Positions 24,241 through 33,393 of a DNA stretch of 33,393 bases are shown here, piece after piece. Position 1 is the stretch's first letter. Every line of letters starts with the position of its first letter. Made by a program: the position numbers and the translations under genes. The stretch is from Octopus bimaculoides (Eukaryota): assembly GCF_001194135.2 (NCBI RefSeq), contig NC_069005.1:26812571-26845963 (forward strand). The letters are read 5' to 3'. The notes under the pieces are model-generated. The model was not told the DNA's origin. It saw nothing but the letters and a program-made list of their open reading frames with translations, and did no database searches.

Positions 24241-24493
24241 CACCTGTGTGTGTGTGGTTACTTTACCCTTGTTCTTGATAGAACATGATAGTTGTAAATG
24301 GGTGCCATCATTATAAATGCCATTTCCTTTGTTTCCAATCTTCTGTGGAAACATGTCTGACCATAGTGAGATATTACTGCTTACTTCGAAACAGGTGAAG
24401 CTTGCTGACAGGAAGGGCATCTGGCCTTAGAAAACTTTCCTTGAGAAATTCCATCCAATATATGTGAGCATGGAAAATTAGATAGTAAACAAG

Positions 24494-24495
<2 letters not shown>

Positions 24496-24548
<53 letters not shown>
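24496..24548. repeat. (CT)n microsatellite ending at a gap
   Basis: Uninterrupted CT run; further CT tracts at about 25750-25816 and 28482-28555. Confidence 0.95.
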
Positions 24549-25174
24549 NNNNNNNNNNNNNNNNNNNNNNNNNNNNNNNNNNNNNNNNNNNNNNNNNNNN
24601 NNNNNNNNNNNNNNNNNNNNNNNNNNNNNNNNNNNNNNNNNNNNNNNNNNNNNNNNNNNNNNNNNNNNNNNNNNNNNNNNNNNNNNNNNNNNNNNNNNNN
24701 NNNNNNNNNNNNNNNNNNNNNNNNNNNNNNNNNNNNNNNNNNNNNNNNNNNNNNNNNNNNNNNNNNNNNNNNNNNNNNNNNNNNNNNNNNNNNNNNNNNN
24801 NNNNNNNNNNNNNNNNNNNNNNNNNNNNNNNNNNNNNNNNNNNNNNNNNNNNNNNNNNNNNNNNNNNNNNNNNNNNNNNNNNNNNNNNNNNNNNNNNNNN
24901 NNNNNNNNNNNNNNNNNNNNNNNNNNNNNNNNNNNNNNNNNNNNNNNNNNNNNNNNNNNNNNNNNNNNNNNNNNNNNNNNNNNNNNNNNNNNNNNNNNNN
25001 NNNNNNNNNNNNNNNNNNNNNNNNNNNNNNNNNNNNNNNNNNNNNNNNNNNNNNNNNNNNNNNNNNNNNNNNNNNNNNNNNNNNNNNNNNNNNNNNNNNN
25101 NNNNNNNNNNNNNNNNNNNNNNNNNNNNNNNNNNNNNNNNNNNNNNNNNNNNNNNNNNNNNNNAAGAGGGTTGC

Positions 25175-25465
25175 TTCCCAACCACTTGGTTCTGAGTTCA
25201 CTCTCACTATGTGGCACCTTGGGCAAGGTTTTTATCGCCTTGGGCTGACCAGAGCCTTGTGAGTGGATTTGGTAGGCAGAAACTGATGCCTTGTCAACTA
25301 ATGTTGATGTTTTCATCCCCCATAACTCAGTGGTTCAGCAAAATAGACCAATAGAATGAGTACCAAGCTTCAGTAAAATAAATACTGGGGTCGATTCATT
25401 CAGCTAAAAGTTCTTCAAGGCAGTGCCCCAGCATGGCCGCAGTCTAATGACCAAAACAAGTAAAA
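25175..25465 (+). mobile_element. Family D fragment (25175-25290) followed by family E fragment (25310-25465)
   Basis: The first part matches the reverse complement of 320-450. The second part (GGGGTCGATT...GTGCCCCAGCATGGCCGCAGTC) matches 33035-33170. Confidence 0.65.
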
Positions 25466-25530
25466 GATATATATATATATATATACACATATATAAATAT
25501 ATATGGGCTGAATATATTTTGTATTTTCAG

Positions 25531-25672
25531 GGTGTTCCACTGTACCGCCATATTGCTGATTTGGCTGGTAACAAAGATGTTATTCTTCCAGTCCCTGCCT
25601 TTAATGTCATCAATGGTGGTAGCCACGCTGGTAATAAACTGGCCATGCAAGAGTTCATGATTCTCCCAACCG
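25531..25672 (+). CDS. ENO: Enolase coding exon 6 ([47 protein letters not shown])
   Basis: [16 protein letters not shown] and QEFM active-site motifs; 142 nt; CAG/GT boundaries. Confidence 0.98.
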
Positions 25673-25756
25673 GTAACTACTTTCTCACACTTTCTCTAGC
25701 CATTTTGTTTTTTCTTGTTTTCTTCACCCCTTTCTCTTTTTCTGTCTTATCCGCTC

Positions 25757-25816
<60 letters not shown>

Positions 25817-25902
25817 CATACTCATCACCTTTATTTACTGACATCCGTCCCTCTACCTCTCCCCACTCACTAACCTATTGTATGTTGTACGATATTTTCC
25901 AG

Positions 25903-25992
25903 GTGCTAAATCTTTCACTGAAGCTATGAAAATGGGTACAGAGATTTATCATCATCTCAAGTCTGTCATTAAGAAAAAATACGGACAAGATG
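25903..25992 (+). CDS. ENO: Enolase coding exon 7 ([30 protein letters not shown])
   Basis: 90 nt; CAG acceptor and GTAAAT donor; frame continues from exon 6. Confidence 0.96.
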
Positions 25993-26069
25993 GTAAATGA
26001 ATTAACTTTTATTTTTTAGTTAGCAGTTTCGACCACTAACTATCTGTTCTGATTGATCAATCTACTACA

Positions 26070-27142
26070 ATTAGCCAACACAACTCCATTCTCTAAAGAC
26101 CTTAGCCAAAACACAAAACCCCACTCTTTAATGACCTTAACCAAGATGCACAACTCCACTCACTAAAGACCTTGGCCAAGACACACAGCTCCACTCACTA
26201 AAGACCTTGGCCAAGACACACAGCTCCACTCACTAAAGACCTTGGCCAAGACACACAGCTCCACTCACTAAAGACCTTGGCCAAGACACNNNNNNNNNNN
26301 NNNNNNNNNNNNNNNNNNNNNNNNNNNNNNNNNNNNNNNNNNNNNNNNNNNNNNNNNNNNNNNNNNNNNNNNNNNNNNNNNNNNNNNNNNNNNNNNNNNN
26401 NNNNNNNNNNNNNNNNNNNNNNNNNNNNNNNNNNNNNNNNNNNNNNNNNNNNNNNNNNNNNNNNNNNNNNNNNNNNNNNNNNNNNNNNNNNNNNNNNNNN
26501 NNNNNNNNNNNNNNNNNNNNNNNNNNNNNNNNNNNNNNNNNNNNNNNNNNNNNNNNNNNNNNNNNNNNNNNNNNNNNNNNNNNNNNNNNNNNNNNNNNNN
26601 NNNNNNNNNNNNNNNNNNNNNNNNNNNNNNNNNNNNNNNNNNNNNNNNNNNNNNNNNNNNNNNNNNNNNNNNNNNNNNNNNNNNNNNNNNNNNNNNNNNN
26701 NNNNNNNNNNNNNNNNNNNNNNNNNNNNNNNNNNNNNNNNNNNNNNNNNNNNNNNNNNNNNNNNNNNNNNNNNNNNNNNNNNNNNNNNNNNNNNNNNNNN
26801 NNNNNNNNNNNNNNNNNNNNNNNNNNNNNNNNNNNNNNNNNNNNNNNNNNNNNNNNNNNNNNNNNNNNNNNNNNNNNNNNNNNNNNNNNNNNNNNNNNNN
26901 NNNNNNNNNNNNNNNNNNNNNNNNNNNNNNNNNNNNNNNNNNNNNNNNNNNNNNNNNNNNNNNNNGGCCAAGACACAAGCAGCTCCACTCACTAAAGACC
27001 TTGGCCAAGACACAAGCAGCTCCACTCACTAAAGACCTTGGCCAAGACACAAGCAGCTCCACTCACTAAAGACCTTGGCCAAGACACAAACAGCTCCACT
27101 CACTAAAGACCTTGGCCAAGACACACAACTCCACTCACTAAA
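26070..27142. repeat. 35/37-bp minisatellite (ACTCCACTCACTAAAGACCTTGGCCAAGACAC...) in enolase intron 7, spanning gap 26290-26965
   Basis: Exact 35-bp period left of the gap (CACTAAAGAC at 26161, 26196, 26231) and 37-bp period right of it (GGCCAAGAC at 26966, 27003), with degenerate outer units. Confidence 0.95.
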
Positions 27143-27633
27143 AGCATTCAAGTGGCTGCAACAGAAGCATTTCACCACACCACAAAAGCAATTTCTATTA
27201 GCTTTAGTAAATCCTGAACTTCATGTTGTTAGTCTCTATTCGTAACATATATGTAGTTGAGGGGTCTTCATCCTCAATTAGAGTGCTGAGACCTCCAAGA
27301 GAGATCTAATATGGCCTGTTGTTCAGCATGATAGCAGTGGCCAGCAAAGACTAACCTACATTGAGCAGCTATGCTAGAGTTAGATGGAATATGTCCATGT
27401 GTCTCCCCTTTTGTCTTGAACTCATGTCATGAGATATTTTGAGTCCTCACATGAACGAAGCTTGACCTAAGCCTTTAGCATCCAGATTACTCTGTCAAAT
27501 GTAATGCTTATTTATTCACATTGTTTTGAATTCATCCTGCATTATTGTGTAGTTTTGAGATTTTGATGTGACCATTTAGTTTTGGAATAACACTGTAGGT
27601 TTGTTGGAAGAGGCTAGGTCTGGCTGGTTTGAA

Positions 27634-27808
27634 CATCATCATCATCATCATCATCGTTTAACGTCCGCTTTCCATGCTAGCATGGGTTGGACGATTTGAC
27701 TGAGGACTGGTGAACCAGATGACTACACCAGGCTCCAATCTGATCTGGCAGTTTCTACAGCTGGATGCCCTTCCTAACGCCAACCACTCCCAGAGTGTAG
27801 TGGGTGCT
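27634..27808 (-). mobile_element. SINE-like repeat (family C, GGAAGGGCATCCAGC core, (GAT)n tail) in enolase intron 7
   Basis: The reverse complement matches the plus-oriented copies at about 24100-24240 and 29906-30070. Confidence 0.75.
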
Positions 27809-27964
27809 TAGTTTGGCTGAATATGGCTAGTCTAAATGCCAAAAGGCTAAATACCAAGTCACATACCTCTACTTGCTGAAGTCCTTAGGCAAGACACACG
27901 ACTCTGCTTGACATTTACTAATATAAAATAGCTACTTTCTTACATTGATTTTTCTCTTGTCCAG

Positions 27965-27975
27965 CCTGCAATGTT
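27965..27975 (+). CDS. ENO: Start of enolase coding exon 8 (A-C-N-V...), truncated by an assembly gap
   Basis: A pyrimidine tract TTTTTCTCTTGTCCAG is followed by CC TGC AAT GTT. The G left by exon 7 plus CC gives Ala, producing D-A-C-N-V, the expected lead-in to GDEGG (human DATNVGDEGG). Ns begin at 27976. Confidence 0.85.
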
Positions 27976-28481
27976 NNNNNNNNNNNNNNNNNNNNNNNNN
28001 NNNNNNNNNNNNNNNNNNNNNNNNNNNNNNNNNNNNNNNNNNNNNNNNNNNNNNNNNNNNNNNNNNNNNNNNNNNNNNNNNNNNNNNNNNNNNNNNNNNN
28101 NNNNNNNNNNNNNNNNNNNNNNNNNNNNNNNNNNNNNNNNNNNNNNNNNNNNNNNNNNNNNNNNNNNNNNNNNNNNNNNNNNNNNNNNNNNNNNNNNNNN
28201 NNNNNNNNNNNNNNNNNNNNNNNNNNNNNNNNNNNNNNNNNNNNNNNNNNNNNNNNNNNNNNNNNNNNNNNNNNNNNNNNNNNNNNNNNNNNNNNNNNNN
28301 NNNNNNNNNNNNNNNNNNNNNNNNNNNNNNNNNNNNNNNNNNNNNNNNNNNNNNNNNNNNNNNNNNNNNNNNNNNNNNNNNNNNNNNNNNNNNNNNNNNN
28401 NNNNNNNNNNNNNNNNNNNNNNNNNNNNNNNNNNNNNNNNNNNNNNNNNNNNNNNNNNNNNNNNNNNNNNNNNNNNNNNNN
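27976..28481. other. Assembly gap inside the enolase CDS. Other N-gaps: 2052-2061, 2894-3713, 7499-8119, 8685-8870, 17309-17792, 24549-25163, 26290-26965
   Basis: Runs of N in the sequence. Confidence 0.99.
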
Positions 28482-28943
28482 CTCTCTCACTCTCGCTCGT
28501 CTGCTCTCTCACTCTCGCCCCCCCCCTCTCGCTTATCGAATCTCTCGCTCTCTCTGCAACTTACTGTTGATATCGCAAGCCCTACTTACTATATTCAAAT
28601 TTTATACTATCTGCTTAACCACTCTGATATTCATTTGAAGTCTTTAAGTGGGGAGACAGCAAGTGGCTACCTGCCCTGCTTTTCTCATATTTGATACCAA
28701 TCTACCTGAGACCTCTTGGTCCTGATAAAACCTCTTCGTCCATATTTCAAATTAAGTCTTCCATCATAATTGTATGCATGAATACTTTCTTCTGAATATC
28801 ATTGTAGTAATGAAAGCATTATTTTACTAAATTTTCTAATTCTTAATTTCAAAACTTATTAACCTAACACATGTAGCACATTTCATTTGAAACACACTCA
28901 AAATGGTATGTTGCCAATTATGTTCAATTAATTCTCTTTGCAG

Positions 28944-29083
28944 TTAACTTCTGATGAACTGGCCAATCTCTATAAGGGTTTCGTCAAGGATTACCCTGTA
29001 ACTTCAATTGAGGATCCATTTGACCAAGATGATTGGGAAGCTTACTCTAAGTTTACTGGAGAAATGTCAATCCAGATTGTTGG
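28944..29083 (+). CDS. ENO: Enolase coding exon 9 ([47 protein letters not shown])
   Basis: [11 protein letters not shown] motif; 140 nt; TGCAG acceptor and GTATGT donor. Exon numbering assumes a single exon in the gap. Confidence 0.97.
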
Positions 29084-29501
29084 GTATGTAATACATGTTG
29101 TTCATGTGGTGATGGTTGGTCAGGGTAGTTGTGTGTGTTTGTAATGTTTTTACTGAACCCCAGGTCAGATCTCTTCCAACAGACCTTGCTCAAGAACCAT
29201 GTTTTTGTTTTAGGATAGTATATCTACGACTACATTACCCAATGTCTCTAATTTTTTGTAAACCAATGTCATGATTTGAGGGAAATTTGTTGCATTTTCT
29301 AACAAATCAAGTAACTTCACAGGTTTTCATGTTGTTAGTGGAATTGTTTCTCTATCACATCAATGAACGGTTGTTGTGGTGGTTGTTATTACATTAAGAG
29401 ATAAGTCAGCGAATCTAATTTGTCGATCTGTATAAGAATGTTAGAATCTGATTGAATCTTTATGAATGTCAGAATCTAATTTGTTGATCTGTATTTTCCA
29501 G

Positions 29502-29618
29502 AGATGATCTGTTGGTCACCAATCCCAAGAGAGTTCAGAAGGGAATTGATATTAAGGCTGCTAATGCCTTACTACTTAAAGTTAACCAGATTGGTTCAGT
29601 TACTGAGTCCATCAAGGC
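29502..29618 (+). CDS. ENO: Enolase coding exon 10 ([40 protein letters not shown])
   Basis: GDDL and [13 protein letters not shown] enolase signature (catalytic Lys); 117 nt; GTAAGT donor. Confidence 0.98.
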
Positions 29619-29839
29619 GTAAGTATACAGGATCATTTATTTATTTATTTTTTTTTTTTACCCTCACATCTTTAATCACTTCTCATTTGATGATATGCTT
29701 TATTTGCTGGTGTATAAGACACATTCGCCTAAGATGCAACCTCACTTTACTGGTAGATTTTGTGGAAAAAGAGAAAGAATTTTAATTTGTTTATCGCTGT
29801 ACTTAATGTGTCCACCACAACAGAATTGAGATCTTAAAA

Positions 29840-30070
29840 CCAAGGTGCCACACAAAAAGCACTGGTGCTGGTCACACTTAAAAAGTACTGGTGATGGTCC
29901 CACATAAAAAGCACATAGTACACTCTGCAGAGTGATTAATGTTAAGAAAGGCATCCAGCCATAGAAACCAAGCCAAACAGACTATGGAAACTGGTACAGC
30001 CCCTGGCCTTGCCAGCTCCCATCAAGCTGTCCAACCCATGCCAGCATGGAAAACGGACATTAAATGATGA
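29840..30070 (+). mobile_element. SINE-like repeat family C in enolase intron 10
   Basis: AAGAAAGGCATCCAGCCATAGAAACC ... CCAACCCATGCCAGCATGGAAAACGGACATTAAATGATGA, preceded by short internal AAAAAG(C/T)AC repeats. Confidence 0.75.
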
Positions 30071-30244
30071 TTCCTAAAACACACATACACTCAGTACCCA
30101 TCTATAATACAGTTGTATTAGGTGCATGGTAATTTTCTTTGTTATATTTAAGAATGAGAAAAAGGCCTGTCTTACATAGGCTGGCATATATGGCATTTAT
30201 TTATGCTTCCTCCCTAAACTTTATTTACTTTCTTTCTTCAATAG

Positions 30245-30353
30245 CTGCAAGATGTCTCAAGATGCAGGATGGGGTGTGATGGTTTCTCACCGCAGCGGTG
30301 AGACTGAAGATACTTTCATTGCTGATTTGGTTGTTGGTCTTTGCACTGGACAG
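30245..30353 (+). CDS. ENO: Enolase coding exon 11 ([36 protein letters not shown])
   Basis: SHRSGETED motif; 109 nt; TAG acceptor and GTAAGC donor. Confidence 0.98.
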
Positions 30354-30454
30354 GTAAGCATATATTTTGTTCTTATTACCAGGTCAGCAATTTGAGCGAG
30401 AGACAGGGGCTAATTAATTACATCAACTCCAATGCTCAACCAGTACTTATTTTA

Positions 30455-30630
30455 GCACAATAGATTGGCAGGATTTTTACAGTGTTAGATAATATGCCTT
30501 ACAGTATTTCTTCTGGATCTTCATGTTTTGAGTTCTAATCCTGCCAAGGTCAACTTGGCCTTTCGTCCCTTCTAGGGTTGATAAAATTAATAAAAATACT
30601 TGTCAGGTGCCTAGAAATGTTATAATTGAT
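30455..30630 (+). mobile_element. Degenerate SINE family A copy in enolase intron 11
   Basis: TTGAGTTCTAATCCTGCCAAGGTCAACTTGGCCTTTCGTCCCTTCTAGGGTTGATAAAATTAA. Confidence 0.6.
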
Positions 30631-30865
30631 TGTATCCTTCCCTTCAAATTTCGTCTTTCTGCCATTGTTAGCGATTATTTTAAAATCATTGAGGATGGTC
30701 GGGGGACAGATACAGCAAAAAATTAAATCTGTTGCATTGCAGTATTTAGTTACTAATTCACCTTTCACCATTTTAAGTTCAAATCCTTCCTTATCAATAA
30801 GCACTCCTAAGGTTGTCTTTTTTTGTTTTTTGTTGTTTATTTATTTTTTTTTTGCTGACATTTGA

Positions 30866-31069
<204 letters not shown>

Positions 31070-31210
31070 TTCCTCTCTTTTTCCATCATTCTGTTGACCC
31101 TGATTTAAAAAGAACAGGTCAATTTTTTCTGTATCTTGTAAATTTAATTTGTAATATCTGTATAACCAGAATATATACATCTTTTAGAACTCATGTAATG
31201 CACGGGTACT

Positions 31211-31216
31211 AATAAA
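31211..31216 (+). promoter_or_regulatory. Probable enolase polyadenylation signal
   Basis: AATAAA about 140 nt after the stop codon, followed by T/GT-rich sequence at about 31255-31325. Confidence 0.55.
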
Positions 31217-31619
31217 AGTACAGATAATAATAATAATCGGAATTCTGGCCTTGTCTTCTGTTTTTACTTTTTTTATGTTTTTACACAGGAACAATGTTTG
31301 TGTTTGTTTTGTAATTTTTTTTCTTTTCAATGAGATAGATAATTTAAGACTTATTTGCTGCTATTTCCAGCATGTCGACCATCCATACAGAGGTTGGTTC
31401 ATCTAGTTGTAATTAGTGAAAATCACAAGATATAGCAAGACTTATAAAAGTATTCTGAAAATATCTCATGGAGTGACATCTGTGCCTTGCATAATTACAG
31501 TTGCCTTTTGACAAGGTATAGCACCCGTTCAGCCACTCTACCAGGGATACGGCAAAGTCGTGGAAGATTGTGAAGCAGAAGAGCTCAACTGAGCCAATGA
31601 TGCTTCTTTACATTCATGC

Positions 31620-31955
31620 TGTGGAGGCGCAATGGCCCAGTGGTTAGGGCAGCGGACTCGCAGTTTCAATTCCCAGACCGAGCATTGAGTGTTTGAGCGA
31701 AAACACCTAAAGCTACACGAGGCTCCGGTAGGGGGATGGTGGCAAACCCTCCTGTACTCTGTCATCACAACTTTCACCCTTAATTCCTGTTTCTGTAGTG
31801 CCTGTAATTCAAAGGGTCAGCCTTGTCACACTGTGTCACGCGTCTGTGGAGTGCTCAGCCACTTGCATGTTAATTTCTCGAGCAGCAGGCTGTTCCGTTG
31901 ATCGGATCAACTGGCACCCTCGACGTCGTAAGCGACAGTGCCAACAACAACAACA
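31620..31955 (+). mobile_element. tRNA-derived SINE (family B), second copy
   Basis: Colinear with 20930-21320 (GTGGAGGCGCAATGGCCCAGTGGTTAGGGCAGC ... GTCTGTGGAGTGCTCAGCCACTTGCA ... GATCGGATCAACTGG); short (CAA)n tail. Confidence 0.85.
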
Positions 31956-32479
31956 TTGATGCTAAGCAGAAGAATACAAAATCAACAACTCAGGATCACC
32001 AAACTTTATCAAGAGAGCAACTGCAATGCATTTATGGTTGTGAAATCAGCTAATGAAAGATTCACCATGACTCGAGCTTGCATTTCAAATTCATTAAAAT
32101 ATTGGATGGCGACAGAGTCATGGTAATGTGAAAGCAGCATGGCAGACTGAAGAGGCAGTGGCAAGAATTCAACTAAGACAAAGGTGCTTCTCACATTCAT
32201 GCTGAGTGGAGGAATCCTAGAAAATTAATGGTCAGGATCACCAAACACTATCAAGAGAGTAACTGCAACACAGCCATAGAAGTGGCATCCATGGTTGTGT
32301 AGTCAGCTAATGAAAGACTCACTATGACTCAAGCTTGCAATTCAAATTCATTATAATGGAACTGGATGGCAACAGTCAAGGGAATCCATGAAAGCAGCAG
32401 AAACAAAAACAAAAAATAGCAAGATTTATACTCGTGACTGTGTACAGGTCCAATTAGGAGCACCCTATCATTCCAATTA

Positions 32480-32850
32480 TCACGTATACAAGTGGACCAA
32501 GTATGTAGTGTAGGCATTCAAACATCATCACTATCTTTCAGTCCACCAAAGTCACCTTGATGTCTAAGTCGACCTCCCTCTTTTCTTTTTGCCTGTGAAC
32601 TTTGGTCTGAAAAATTTGACTATTTGTCACTAAGCATAAAGCTACCTCACCCTCTAATAAGGTATCTATCCCTCCACTATTCCTGGAAGAGTTCTCAGGT
32701 ACCTCTTCCATAGTGTCTTCTCAGAAGCAACCATCAATCATTACACTTTCTGGCTGAATTCTCAAAATTGACCACCAGAAACCAAGGATATCAGCCAACC
32801 GTCTCATTCTTGGTCTACCCCTAAGTCTTCAGTTGGTTGGCTTGGCTTGA
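32480..32850 (-). mobile_element. Possible decayed RTE-like LINE 3' end
   Basis: Short minus-strand peptides GRPRMRRLADI and GKKKRGR resemble the RTE ORF2 C-terminal RGRPxxRWxDxI motif; weak evidence. Confidence 0.25.
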
Positions 32851-33034
32851 AGAAACTATCATGCAATTCTTTTAATGTTACATTCTAATCACATAGTAGC
32901 AGATCTCTGGAAGAATAAAAAGCAAAACTGACATTTGTGGGGCAGTATTAAGCTTCGGTATTTTCTCCAATGACCTACAGATTTTATCAGTCCACTTCAT
33001 AATTTTACATTTGCCTTCTCATTACTTGCATGTT

Positions 33035-33170
33035 GGTTGGGTGTTTACGTCCCAGTAACTTAGCAGTTCAGCAAAAAGACTTTGATAGAATAAGTACTAG
33101 GGTCGATTTGCTCGACTAAAGGTAGTGCTCCAGCATGGCCACAGTCAAATGACTGAAACATGTTAAAGAG
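33035..33170 (+). mobile_element. Dispersed SINE-like repeat (family E)
   Basis: GATAGAATAAGTACTAGGGTCGATTTG...GTGCTCCAGCATGGCCACAGTCAAATGAC is homologous to 25310-25465. Confidence 0.6.
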
Positions 33171-33393
33171 TATACAAAAAAATAAATACAAAACAGAAGA
33201 CAATTTTTGAATATTGAGTATTTTCTCACATTTTTAAATTCCTCATCAAAACATTACATATTTTGTAATTTGGGTAGATATGGTGGGGTGGGTGGGGGAG
33301 AATGCAGAGTGAACAAAAATACAAAAAGGAGTGGAAAATGGGTGGGTGGGTAGATGGAAACAAAGACATGAAAAATAAAGTTAAAAAAAAAAA

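Noticed and set aside
25423-25929. 168-aa ORF containing enolase motifs, considered as an alternative long exon
   Set aside because: It is exon 6 read through into flanking intron sequence (TA and CT repeats); canonical splice sites delimit 25531-25672.
26070-27142. Regular 35-37 bp repeats with a palindrome, resembling a CRISPR array
   Set aside because: Units are directly adjacent with no unique spacers, no cas genes are present, and the context is a eukaryotic intron.

Overview
This is eukaryotic genomic DNA: AT-rich, intron-rich, dense in microsatellites and SINE-like repeats, with eight N-gaps. The repeat landscape suggests a coleoid cephalopod (Octopus-like), which is an inference. Two protein-coding genes are supported and point away from each other. 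On the minus strand is the first coding exon of an ACAP/centaurin-beta Arf-GAP gene (9550-9602, MRPVIEFRECLKDSPYFR); the rest of that gene is not visible. On the plus strand is a near-complete spliced enolase (20592-31069, 12 visible coding segments, all visible splice sites GT/AG). One enolase exon starts at 27965 and runs into an assembly gap, hiding about 63 codons that include the catalytic Glu. Nearly all ORFs in the supplied track are artefacts of microsatellites or N-runs. I found no CRISPR array, true tRNA/rRNA gene or intact transposon ORF, and I cannot support a new multi-gene system. The best leads are a near-perfect pre-miRNA-sized hairpin with one A-C mismatch (15008-15084), a recursive-splice-type AG|GTAAGC motif at the start of enolase exon 5, the head-to-head ACAP-enolase linkage, and inverted repeat copies in enolase introns.
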